Assembly (NCBI GenBank): GCA_964057225.1
Contig: OZ059895.1
Location: 11,532,001 to 11,596,000, forward strand
Reading direction: 5' to 3'
DNA: 64,000 nt
From: Auanema rhodensis
Taxonomy: Eukaryota; Animalia; Nematoda
A program made the position numbers and the translations under genes. Below are positions 26,701-40,069 of this stretch, piece after piece (positions within the stretch are counted from its first letter, which is position 1; the number at the start of each line of letters is the position of its first letter). The notes below the pieces were generated by a model that was not told the origin of the DNA, searched no databases, and saw nothing but the letters and a program-made list of their open reading frames with translations.

Positions 26701-28630
26701 ATTATCTTCAATATTATTTCTATCTTACAGTTATAAACCAATAGTTAATGAACCATCATCTTACCTTTACTGTTTCTATCTATTTCCTATCGAAAGCAAC
26801 TTTGTTCAAACACTATACAACTGTGAAACCTTTTTTAATTTCTTGTATTTGGAGCTCATAAGATTTGATATCATTGAGAAATTTAGATAGAACGTGGAAA
26901 ATTACATAACTACCATGAAATTGGAAAAAACTATAACGAGGATAAGTATGTAAATCATTGAATATCAGATATTTTTGCTTACAACTATACCACGTTGTAA
27001 GTACGCCATGCCGCTGATTTTCAATTTTAACTCTTTTGTAACAAATGTTTTCAATTTTCAAGCAGTTTTACTCAGATAGCTTAACCCAAGGCAGCAAATT
27101 ATCTTCAATATTATTTCTATCTTACAGTTATAAACCAATAGTTAATGAACCATCATCTTACCTTTACTGTTTCTATCTATTTCCTATCGAAAGCAACTTT
27201 GTTCAAACACTATACAACTGTGACACCTTTTTTAATTTCTTGTATTTGGAGTTCATAAGATTTGATATCATCGAGGGATCCAGATAGAACGTGGAAAATT
27301 ACATAACTAACATGAAATTGGGAAAAAATTATAACGAGGATAAGTATGTGAAACATTGATTATCAGATATTTTCGCTTAGGACCATACCACGTTGAAAGT
27401 ACGCCATGCCGCTGATTTTCAATTTTAACTCTTCTGTATTAAATGTTTTCAATTTTTAAGCAGTTTTACTCAGATAGCTCAACCCAAGGCAGCAAATTAT
27501 CTTCAATATTATTTCTATCTTACAGTTATAAACCAATAGTTAATGAACCATCATCTTACCTTTACTGTTTCTATCTATTTCCTATCGAAAGCAACTTTGT
27601 TCAAACACTATACAACTGTGAAACCTTTTTTAATTTCTTGTATTTGTAGCTCATAAGATTTGATATCATTGAGGGATTTAGATAGAACGTGGAAAATTAC
27701 ATAACTACCATGAAATTGGAAAAAACTATAACGAGGATAAGTATGTGAAACATTGATTATCAGATATTTTCGCTTAGGACCATACCACGTTGAAAGTACG
27801 CCATGCCGCTGATTTTCAATTTTAACTCTTTTGTAACAAATGTTTTCAATTTTCAAGCAGTTTTACTCAGATAGCTTAACCCAAGGCAGCAAATTATCTT
27901 CAATATTATTTCTATCTTACAGTTATAAACCAATAGTTATTGAACCATCATCTTACCTTTACCGTTTCTATCTATTTCCTAACGAAACCAACTTTGTTCA
28001 AGAACTATACAACTGTGAAACCTTTTTTAATTTCTTGTATTTTGAGCTTATAAGCTTTGATATCATTGAGGAATCCAGATAGAACGTGGAAAATTACGTA
28101 ACTAACATGAAATTGGAAGAAACTATAACGAGGATAAGTATGTGAATCATTGAATATCATATATTTTCGCTTAGGACCATACCACGTTGAAAGTACGCCA
28201 TGCCGCTGATTTTCAATTTTAACTCTTTTGTATTAAATGTTTTCAATTTTCAAGCAGTTTTACTCAGATAGCTTAACCCAAGGCAGCAAATTATCTTCAA
28301 TATTATTTCTATCTTACAGTTATAAACCAATAGTTAATGAACCATCATCTTACCTTTACTGTTTCTATCTATTTCCTATCGAAAGCAACTTCGTTCAAAC
28401 ACTATACAACTGTGAAACCTTTTTTAATTTCTTGTATTTGTAGCTCATAAGATTTGATATCATTGAGGGATTTAGATAGAACGTGGAAAATTACATAACT
28501 ACCATGAAATTAGAAAAAACTATAACGAGGATAAGTATGTGAATCATTGAATATCAGATATTTTCGCTTACGACCATACCACGTTGAAAGTACGCCATGA
28601 CGCTGATTTTCAATTTTAATTCTTTTGTAA
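23074..28630 (+). repeat. Older, partly eroded duplication with 8-monomer spacing (3177 bp)
   Basis: Monomer types recur at 23074/26251 (GAGAGC, GATGTC), 23471/26648 (GAGAAATTTAG), 23868/27045 (GACACC, 398 bp), 24266/27443 (TTTGTAGC) and 24663/27840 (CCTAACG, GAGCTTATA), with several mismatches. Confidence 0.7.
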
Positions 28631-29339
28631 CAAATGTTTTCAATTTTCAAGCAGTTTTACTCAGATAGCTTAACACAAGGCAGCAAATTATCTTCAATAT
28701 TATTTCTATCTTACAGTTATAAACCAATAGTTAATGAACCATCATCTTACCTTTACTGTTTCTATCTATTTCCTATCGAAAGCAACTTTGTTCAAACACT
28801 TTACAACTGTGACACCTTTTTTAATTTCTTGTATTTGGAGTTCATAAGATTTGATATCATCGAGGGATCCAGATAGAACGTGGAAAATTACATAACTAAC
28901 ATGAAATTGGGAAAAAATTATAACGAGGATAAGTATGTGAAACATTGATTATCAGATATTTTCGCTTACGACCATACCACGTTGAAAGTACGCCATGACG
29001 CTGATTTTCAATTTTAACTCTTTTGTAACAAATGTTTTCAATTTTCAAGCAGTTTTACTCAGATAGCTTAACCCAACGCAGCAAATAATCTTCAATATTA
29101 TTTCTATCTTACAGTTATAAACCAATAGTTAATGAACCATCATCTTACCTTTACTGTTTCTATTTATTTCCTATCGAAAGCAACTTCGTTCAAACACTAT
29201 ACAACTGTGAAACCTTTTTTAATTTCTTGTATTTGGAGCTCATCAGATTTGATATCATTGAGGGATTTAGATAGAACGTGGAAAATTACATAACTACCAT
29301 GAAATTGGAAAAAACTATAACGAGGATAAGTATGTAAAT

Positions 29340-30600
29340 CATTGAATATCAGATATTTTTGCTTACAACTATACCACGTTGTAAGTACGCCATGCCGCTG
29401 ATTTTCAATTTTAACTCTTTTGTAACAAATGTTTTCAATTTTCAAGCAGTTTTACTCAGATAGCTTAACCCAAGGCAGCAAATTATCTTCAATATTATTT
29501 CTATCTTACAGTTATAAACCAATAGTTAATGAACCATCATCTTACCTTTACTGTTTCTATCTATTTCCTATCAAAAGCAACTTTGTTCAAACACTATACA
29601 ACTGTGACACCTTTTTTAATTTCTTGTATTTGGAGTTCATAAGATTTGATATCACCGAGGGATCCAGATAGAACGTGGAAAATTACATAACTAACATGAA
29701 ATTGGGAAAAAACTATAACGAGGATAAGTATGTGAATCATTGAATATCAGATATTTTCGCTTAGGACCATACCACGTTGAAAGTACGCCATGCCGCTGAT
29801 TTTCAATTTTAACTCTTTTGTAACAAATGTTTTCAATTTTCAAGCAGTTTTACTCAGATAGCTTAACCCAAGGCAGCAAATTATCTTCAATATTATTTCT
29901 ATCTTACAGTTATAAACCAATAGTTAATGAACCATCATCTTACCTTTACTGTTTCTATCTATTTCCTATCGAAAGCAACTTTGTTCAAACACTATACAAC
30001 TGTGAAACCTTTTTTAATTTTTTGTATTTGGAGCTCATAAGATTTGATATCATCGAGGGATCCAGATAGAACGTGGAAAATTACATAACTAACATGAAAT
30101 TGGGAAAAAATTATAACGAGGATAAGTATGTAAATCATTGAATATCAGATATTTTGCTTACAACTATACCACGTTGTAAGTACGCCATGCCGCTGATTTT
30201 CAATTTTAACTCTTTTGTAACAAATGTTTTCAATTTTCAAGCAGTTTTACTCAGATAGCTTAACCCAAGGCAGCAAATTATCTTCAATATTATTTCTATC
30301 TTACAGTTATAAACCAATAGTTAATGAACCATCATCTTACCTTTACTGTTTCTATCTATTTCCTATCAAAAGCAACTTTGTTCAAACACTATACAACTGT
30401 GACACCTTTTTTAATTTCTTGTATTTGGAGTTCATAAGATTTGATATCACCGAGGGATCCAGATAGAACGTGGAAAATTACATAACTAACATGAAATTGG
30501 GAAAAAACTATAACGAGGATAAGTATGTGAATCATTGAATATCAGATATTTTCGCTTAGGACCATACCACGTTGAAAGTACGCCATGCCGCTGATTTTCA
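29340..30600 (+). repeat. 2-monomer duplication (period 795 bp)
   Basis: Monomers 29429 and 30224 share the private ATCACCGAG together with ATCAAAAGC. Confidence 0.8.
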
Positions 30601-31017
30601 ATTTTAACTCTTCTGTATTAAATGTTTTCAATTTTCAAGCAGTTTTACTCAGATAGCTCAACCCAAGGCAGCAAATTATCTTCAATATTATTTCTATCTT
30701 ACAGTTATAAACCAATAGTTAATGAACCATCATCTTACCTTTACTGTTTCTATCTATTTCCTTTCGAAACCAACTTTGTTCAAAAACTATACAACTGTGA
30801 AACCTTTTTTAATTTCTTGTATTTGGAGCTCATAAGATTTGATATCATTGAAGGATCCAGATAGAACGTGGAAAATTACGTAACTTACATGAAATTGGAA
30901 AAAACTATAACGAGGATAAGTATGTAAATCATTGAATATCAGATATTTTGCTTACAACTATACCACGTTGTAAGTACGCCATGCCGCTGATTTTCAATTT
31001 TAACTCTTTTGTAACAA

Positions 31018-33720
31018 ATGTTTTCAATTTTCAAGCAGTTTTACTCAGATAGCTTAACCCAAGGCAGCAAATTATCTTCAATATTATTTCTATCTTACAG
31101 TTATAAACCAATAGTTAATGAACCATCATCTTACCCTTACCGTTTCTATCTATTTCCTAACGAAACCAACTTTGTTCAAAAACTATACAACTGTGAAACC
31201 TTTTTTAATTTCTTGTATTTGGAGCTCATAAGCTTTGATATCATTGAGGAATCCAGATAGAACGTGGAAAATTACGTAACTAACATGAAATTGGAAGAAA
31301 CTATAACGAGGATAAGTATGTGAATCATTGAATATCAGATATTTTCGCTTAGGACCATACCACGTTGAAAGTACGCCATGCCGCTGATTTTCAATTTTAA
31401 CTCTTCTGTATTAAATGTTTTCAATTTTCAAGCAGTTTTACTCAGATAGCTTAACCCAAGGCAGCAAATTATCTTCAATATTATTTCTATCTTACAGTTA
31501 TAAACCAATAGTTAATGAACCATCATCTTACCTTTACTGTTTCTATCTATTTCCTATCGAAAGCAACTTCGTTCAAACACTATACAACTGTGAAACCTTT
31601 TTTAATTTCTTGTATTTGTAGCTCATAAGATTTGATATCATTGAGGGATTTAGATAGAACGTGGAAAATTACGTAACTTACATGAAATTGGAAAAAACTA
31701 TAACGAGGATAAGTATGTAAATCATTGAATATCAGATATTTTTGCTTACAACTATACCACGTTGTAAGTACGCCATGCCGCTGATTTTCAATTTTAACTC
31801 TTTTGTAACAAATGTTTTCAATTTTCAAGCAGTTTTACTCAGATAGCTTAACCCAAGGCAGCAAATTATCTTCAATATTATTTCTATCTTACAGTTATAA
31901 ACCAATAGTTAATGAACCATCATCTTACCCTTACCGTTTCTATCTATTTCCTAACGAAACCAACTTTGTTCAAAAACTATACAACTGTGAAACCTTTTTT
32001 AATTTCTTGTATTTGGAGCTCATAAGCTTTGATATCATTGAGGAATCCAGATAGAACGTGGAAAATTACGTAACTAACATGAAATTGGAAGAAACTATAA
32101 CGAGGATAAGTATGTGAATCATTGAATATCAGATATTTTCGCTTAGGACCATACCACGTTGAAAGTACGCCATGCCGCTGATTTTCAATTTTAACTCTTC
32201 TGTATTAAATGTTTTCAATTTTCAAGCAGTTTTACTCAGATAGCTTAACCCAAGGCAGCAAATTATCTTCAATATTATTTCTATCTTACAGTTATAAACC
32301 AATAGTTAATGAACCATCATCTTACCTTTACTGTTTCTATCTATTTCCTATCGAAAGCAACTTCGTTCAAACACTATACAACTGTGAAACCTTTTTTAAT
32401 TTCTTGTATTTGTAGCTCATAAGATTTGATATCATTGAGGGATTTAGATAGAACGTGGAAAATTACGTAACTTACATGAAATTGGAAAAAACTATAACGA
32501 GGATAAGTATGTAAATCATTGAATATCAGATATTTTTGCTTACAACTATACCACGTTGTAAGTACGCCATGCCGCTGATTTTCAATTTTAACTCTTTTGT
32601 AACAAATGTTTTCAATTTTCAAGCAGTTTTACTCAGATAGCTTAACCCAAGGCAGCAAATTATCTTCAATATTATTTCTATCTTACAGTTATAAACCAAT
32701 AGTTAATGAACCATCATCTTACCCTTACCGTTTCTATCTATTTCCTAACGAAACCAACTTTGTTCAAAAACTATACAACTGTGAAACCTTTTTTAATTTC
32801 TTGTATTTGGAGTTCATAAGATTTGATATCATTGAGGGATTTAGATAGAACGTGGAAAATTACGTAACTTACATGAAATTGGAAAAAACTATAACGAGGA
32901 TAAGTATGTAAATCATTGAATATCAGATATTTTTGCTTACAACTATACCACGTTGTAAGTACGCCATGCCGCTGATTTTCAATTTTAACTCTTTTGTAAC
33001 AAATGTTTTCAATTTTCAAGCAGTTTTACTCAGATAGCTTAACCCAAGGCAGCAAATTATCTTCAATATTATTTCTATCTTACAGTTATAAACCAATAGT
33101 TAATGAACCATCATCTTACCCTTACCGTTTCTATCTATTTCCTAACGAAACCAACTTTGTTCAAAAACTATACAACTGTGAAACCTTTTTTAATTTCTTG
33201 TATTTGGAGCTCATAAGCTTTGATATCATTGAGGAATCCAGATAGAACGTGGAAAATTACGTAACTAACATGAAATTGGAAGAAACTATAACGAGGATAA
33301 GTATGTAAATCATTGAATATCAGATATTTTCGCTTAGGACCATACCACGTTGAAAGTACGCCATGCCGCTGATTTTCAATTTTAACTCTTCTGTATTAAA
33401 TGTTTTCAATTTTCAAGCAGTTTTACTCAGATAGCTTAACCCAAGGCAGCAAATTATCTTCAATATTATTTCTATCTTACAGTTATAAACCAATAGTTAA
33501 TGAACCATCATCTTACCTTTACTGTTTCTATCTATTTCCTATCGAAAGCAACTTCGTTCAAACACTATACAACTGTGAAACCTTTTTTAATTTCTTGTAT
33601 TTGTAGCTCATAAGATTTGATATCATTGAGGGATTTAGATAGAACGTGGAAAATTACATAACTACCATGAAATTGGAAAAAACTATAACGAGGATAAGTA
33701 TGTAAATCATTGAATATCAG
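31018..33720 (+). repeat. Dimeric local HOR (period 794 bp), about 3.5 copies
   Basis: Monomer X (CCTAACG, AAGCTT, GAGGAATCC, GGAAGAAAC; 31018, 31812, 33003) alternates with monomer Y (ACTTCGTT, TTTGTAGC, GGATTTAG; 31415, 32209, 33400). Monomer 32606 is an X-head/Y-tail hybrid. Confidence 0.88.
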
Positions 33721-36179
33721 ATATTTTTGCCCACAACTGTACCACGTTGTAAGTACGCCATGCCGCTGATTTTCAATTTTAACTCTTTTGTAACAAATGT
33801 TTTCAATTTTCAAGCAGTTTTACTCAGATAGCTTAACCCAAAGCAGCAAATTATCTTCAATATTATTTCTATCTTACAGTTATAAACCAATAGTTAATGA
33901 ACCATCATCTTACCTTTACTGTTTCTATCTATTTCCTATCGAAAGCAACTTAGTTCAAACACTATACAACTGTGACACCTTTTTTAATTTCTTGTATTTG
34001 GAGTTCATAAGATTTGATATCATCGAGGGATCCAGATAGAACGTGGAAAATCACATAACTAACATGAAATTGGGAAAAAACTATAACGAGGATAAGTATG
34101 TGAATCATTGAATATCAGATATTTTCGCTTAGGACCATACCACGTTGAAAGTACGCCATGCCGCTGATTTTCAATTTTAACTCTTTTGTAACAAATGTTT
34201 TCAATTTTCAAGCAGTTTTACTCAGATAGCTTAACCCAAGGCAGCAAATTATCTTCAATATTATTTCTATCTTACAGTTATAAACCAATAGTTAATGAAC
34301 CATCATCTTACCTTTACTATTTCTATCTATTTCCTATCAAAACCAACTTTGTTCAAACACTATACAACTGAGAAGCCTTTTTTAATTTCTTGTATTTGGA
34401 GTTCATAAGATTTGATATCATTGAGGGATTTAGATAGAACGTGGAAAATTACATAACTACCATGAAATTGGAAAAAACTATAACGAGGATAAGTATGTAA
34501 ATCATTGACTATCAGATATTTTTGCTTACAACTATACCACGTTGTAAGTACGCCATGCCGCTGATTTTCAATTTTAACTCTTTTGTAACAAATGTTTTCA
34601 ATTTTCAAGCAGTTTTACTCAGATAGCTTAACCCAAAGCAGCAAATTATCTTCAATATTATTTCTATCTCACAGTTATAAACCAATAGTTAATGAACCAT
34701 CATCTTACCCTTATCGTTTCTATCTATTTCCTATCGAAACCAACTTTGTTCAAAAACTATACAACTGTGAAACCTTTTTCAATTTCTTGTATTTGGAGCT
34801 CATAAAATTTGATATCATTGAGGGATCCAGATAGAACGTGGAAAATTACGTAACTAACATGAAATTGGAAAAAACTATAACGAGGATAAGTATGTGAATC
34901 ATTGAATATCAGATATTTTCGCTTAGGACCATACCACGTTGAAAGTACGCCATGCCGCTGATTTTCAATTTTAACTCTTTTGTAACAAATGTTTTCAATT
35001 TTCAAGCAGTTTTAGTCAGATAGCTTAACCCAAGGCAGCAAATTATCTTCAATATTATTTCTATCTTACAGTTATAAACCAATAGTTAATGAACCATCAT
35101 CTTACCCTTACCGTTTCTATCTATTTCCTAACGAAACCAACTTTGTTCAAAAACTATACAACTGTGAAACCTTTTTTAATTTCTTGTATTTGGAGCTCAT
35201 AAGCTTTGATATCATTGAGGAATCCAGATAGAACGTGGAAAATTACGTAACTAACATGAAATTGGAAGAAACTATAACGAGGATAAGTATGTGAATCATT
35301 GAATATCAGATATTTTCGCTTAGGACCATACCACGTTGAAAGTACGCCATGCCGCTGATTTTCAATTTTAACTCTTCTGTATTAAATGTTTTCAATTTTC
35401 AAGCAGTTTTACTCAGATAGCTTAACCCAAAGCAGCAAATTATCTTCAATATTATTTCTATCTCACAGTTATAAACCAATAGTTAATGAACCATCATCTT
35501 ACCCTTATCGTTTCTATCTATTTCCTAACGAAACCAACTTTGTTCAAAAACTATACAACTGAGAAGCCTTTTTTAATTTCTTGTATTTGGAGTTCATAAG
35601 ATTTGATATCATTGAGGGATTTAGATAGAACGTGGAAAATTACATAACTACCATGAAATTGGAAAAAACTATAACGAGGATAAGTATGTAAATCATTGAC
35701 TATCAGATATTTTTGCTTACAACTATACCACGTTGTAAGTACGCCATGCCGCTGATTTTCAATTTTAACTCTTTTGTAACAAATGTTTTCAATTTTCAAG
35801 CAGTTTTACTCAGATAGCTTAACCCAAAGCAGCAAATTATCTTCAATATTATTTCTATCTCACAGTTATAAACCAATAGTTAATGAACCATCATCTTACC
35901 CTTATCGTTTCTATCTATTTCCTATCGAAACCAACTTTGTTCAAAAACTATACAACTGTGAAACCTTTTTCAATTTCTTGTATTTGGAGTTCATAAGATT
36001 TGATATCATCGAGGGATCCAGATAGAACGTGGAAAATTACGTAACTAACATGAAATTGGAAAAAACTATAACGAGGATAAGTATGTGAATCATTGAATAT
36101 CAGATATTTTCGCTTAGGACCATACCACGTTGAAAGTACGCCATGCCGCTGATTTTCAATTTTAACTCTTTTGTAACAA

Positions 36180-39100
36180 ATGTTTTCAATTTTCAAGCAG
36201 TTTTAGTCAGATAGCTTAACCCAAGGCAGCAAATTATCTTCAATATTATTTCTATCTCACAGTTATAAACCAATAGTTAATGAACCATCATCTTACCCTT
36301 ATCGTTTCTATCTATTTCCTATCGAAACCAACTTTGTTCAAAAACTATACAACTGTGAAACCTTTTTCAATTTCTTGTATTTGGAGCTCATAAGATTTGA
36401 TATCATTGAGGGATCCAGATAGAACGTGGAAAATTACGTAACTAACATGAAATTGGAAAAAACTATAACGAGGATAAGTATGTGAATCATTGAATATCAG
36501 ATATTTTCGCTTAGGACCATACCACGTTGAAAGTACGCCATGCCGCTGATTTTCAATTTTAACTCTTTTGTAACAAATTTTTTCAATTTTCAAGCAGTTT
36601 TACTCAGATAGCTTAACCCAAAGCAGCAAATTATCTTCAATATTATTTCTATCTTACAGTTATAAACCAATAGTTAATGAACCATCATCTTACCTTTACT
36701 GTTTCTATCTATTTCCTATCGAAAGCAACTTTGTTCAAACACTATACAACTGTGAAACCTTTTTTAATTTCTTGTATTTGGAGCTCATAAGATTTGATAT
36801 CATCGAGGGATTCAGATAGAACGTGGAAAATTACGTAACTAACATGAAATTGGAAAAAACTATAACGAGGATAAGTATGTAAATCATTGAATACCAGATA
36901 TTTTTGCTTACAACTATACCACGTTGTAAGTACACCATGCCGCTGATTTTCAATTTTAACTCTTTTGTAACAAATGTTTTCAATTTTCAAGCAGTTTTAC
37001 TCAAATAGCTTAACCCAAGGCAGCAAATTATCTTCAATATTATTTCTATCTTACAGTTATAAACCAATAGTTAATGAACCATCATCTTACCTTTACTGTT
37101 TCTATCTATTTCCTATCGAGAGCAACTTTGTTCAAACACTATACAACTGTGAAACCTTTTTTAATTTCTTGTATTTGGAGCTCATAAGATTTGATGTCAT
37201 CGAGGGATCCAGATAGAACGTGGAAAATTACGTAACTAACATGAAATTGGAAAAAACTATAACGAGGATAAGTATGTTAATCATTAAATACCAGATATTT
37301 TTGCTTACAACTATACCACGTTGTAAGTACACCATGCCGCTGATTTTCAATTTTAACTCTTTTGTAACAAATGTTTTCAATTTTCAAGCAGTTTTACTCA
37401 GATAGCTCAACCCAAGGCAGCAAATTATCTTCAATATTATTTCTATCTTACAGTTATAAACCAATAGTTAATGAACCATCATTTTACCTTTACTGTTTCT
37501 ATCTATTTCCTATCGAAAGCAACTTTGTTCAAACACTACACAACTGTGAAACCTTTTTTAATTTCTTGTATTTGGAGCTCATAAGATTTGATATCATTGA
37601 GAAATCCAGATAGAACGTGGAAAATTACATAACTACCATGAAATTGGGAAAAAATTGTAACGAGGATAAGTATGTAAATCATTGAATATCAGATATTTTT
37701 GCTTAGGACCATACCACGTTGAAAGTACGCCATGCCGCTGATTTTCAATTTTAACTCTTTTGTAACAAATGTTTTCAATTTTCAAGCAGTTTTAGTCAGA
37801 TAGCTTAACCCAAGGCAGCAAATTATCTTCAATATTATTTCTATCTCACAGTTATAAACAAATAGTTAATGAACCATCATCTTACCCTTATCGTTTCTAT
37901 CTATTTCCTATCGAAACCAACTTTGTTCAAAAACTATACAACTGTGAAACCTTTTTCAATTTCTTGTATTTGGAGCTCATAAGATTTGATATCATTGAGG
38001 GATCCAGATAGAACGTGGAAAATTACGTAACTAACATGAAATTGGAAAAAACTATAACGAGGATAAGTATGTGAATCATTGAATATCAGATATTTTCGCT
38101 TAGGACCATACCACGTTGAAAGTACGCCATGCCGCTGATTTTCAATTTTAACTCTTTTGTAACAAATTTTTTCAATTTTCAAGCAGTTTTACTCAGATAG
38201 CTTAACCCAAAGCAGCAAATTATCTTCAATATTATTTCTATCTTACAGTTATAAACCAATAGTTAATGAACCATCATCTTACCTTTACTGTTTCTATCTA
38301 TTTCCTATCGAAAGCAACTTTGTTCAAACACTATACAACTGTGAAACCTTTTTTAATTTCTTGTATTTGGAGCTCATAAGATTTGATATCATCGAGGGAT
38401 TCAGATAGAACGTGGAAAATTACGTAACTAACATGAAATTGGAAAAAACTATAACGAGGATAAGTATGTAAATCATTGAATACCAGATATTTTTGCTTAC
38501 AACTATACCACGTTGTAAGTACACCATGCCGCTGATTTTCAATTTTAACTCTTTTGTAACAAATGTTTTCAATTTTCAAGCAGTTTTACTCAAATAGCTT
38601 AACCCAAGGCAGCAAATTATCTTCAATATTATTTCTATCTTACAGTTATAAACCAATAGTTAATGAACCATCATCTTACCTTTACTGTTTCTATCTATTT
38701 CCTATCGAGAGCAACTTTGTTCAAACACTATACAACTGTGAAACCTTTTTTAATTTCTTGTATTTGGAGCTCATAAGATTTGATGTCATCGAGGGATCCA
38801 GATAGAACGTGGAAAATTACGTAACTAACATGAAATTGGAAAAAACTATAACGAGGATAAGTATGTTAATCATTAAATACCAGATATTTTTGCTTACAAC
38901 TATACCACGTTGTAAGTACACCATGCCGCTGATTCTCAATTTTAACTCTTTTGTAACAAATGTTTTCAATTTTCAAGCAGTTTTACTCAGATAGCTCAAC
39001 CCAAGGCAGCAAATTATCTTCAATATTATTTCTATCTTACAGTTATAAACCAATAGTTAATGAACCATCATCTTACCTTTACTGTTTCTATCTATTTCCT

Positions 39101-39357
39101 ATCGAAAGCAACTTTGTTCAAACACTACACAACTGTGAAACCTTTTTTAATTTCTTGTATTTGGAGCTCATAAGATTTGATATCATTGAGAAATCCAGAT
39201 AGAACGTGGAAAATTACATAACTACCATGAAATTGGGAAAAAATTGTAACGAGGATAAGTATGTAAATCATTGAATATCAGATATTTTTGCTTAGGACCA
39301 TACCACGTTGAAAGTACGCCATGCCGCTGATTTTCAATTTTAACTCTTTTGTAACAA
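36180..39357 (+). repeat. Tandem duplication of a 4-monomer block (period 1589 bp)
   Basis: Monomers 36180/37769, 36577/38166, 36974/38563 and 37371/38960 match; GTATGTTAATC and ACTACACAAC recur 1589 bp apart. Confidence 0.92.
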
Positions 39358-40069
39358 ATGTTTTCAATTTTCAAGCAGTTTTACTCAGATAGCTTAACCC
39401 AAAGCAGCAAATTATCTTCAATATTATTTCTATCTTACAGTTATAAACCAATAGTTAATGAACCATCATCTTACCTTTACTGTTTATATCTATTTCCTAT
39501 CGAAAGCAACTTAGTTCAAACACTATACAACTGTGAAACCTTTTTTAATTTCTTGTATTTGGAGCTCATAAGCTTTGATATCATTGAGGAATCCAGATAG
39601 AACGTGGAAAATTACGTAACTAACATGAAATTGGAAGAAACTATAACGAGGATAAGTATGTGAATCATTGAATATCAGATATTTTCGCTTAGGACCATAC
39701 CACGTTGAAAGTACGCCATGCCGCTGATTTTCAATTTTAACTCTTCTGTATTAAATGTTTTCAATTTTCAAGCAGTTTTACTCAGATAGCTTAACCCAAG
39801 GCAGCAAATTATCTTCAATATTATTTCTATCTTACAGTTATAAACCAATAGTTAATGAACCATCATCTTACCTTTACTGTTTCTATCTATTTCCTATCGA
39901 AAGCAACTTCGTTCAAACACTATACAACTGTGAAACCTTTTTTAATTTCTTGTATTTGTAGCTCATAAGATTTGATATCATTGAGGGATTTAGATAGAAC
40001 GTGGAAAATTACATAACTACCATGAAATTGGAAAAAACTATAACGAGGATAAGTATGTAAATCATTGAA

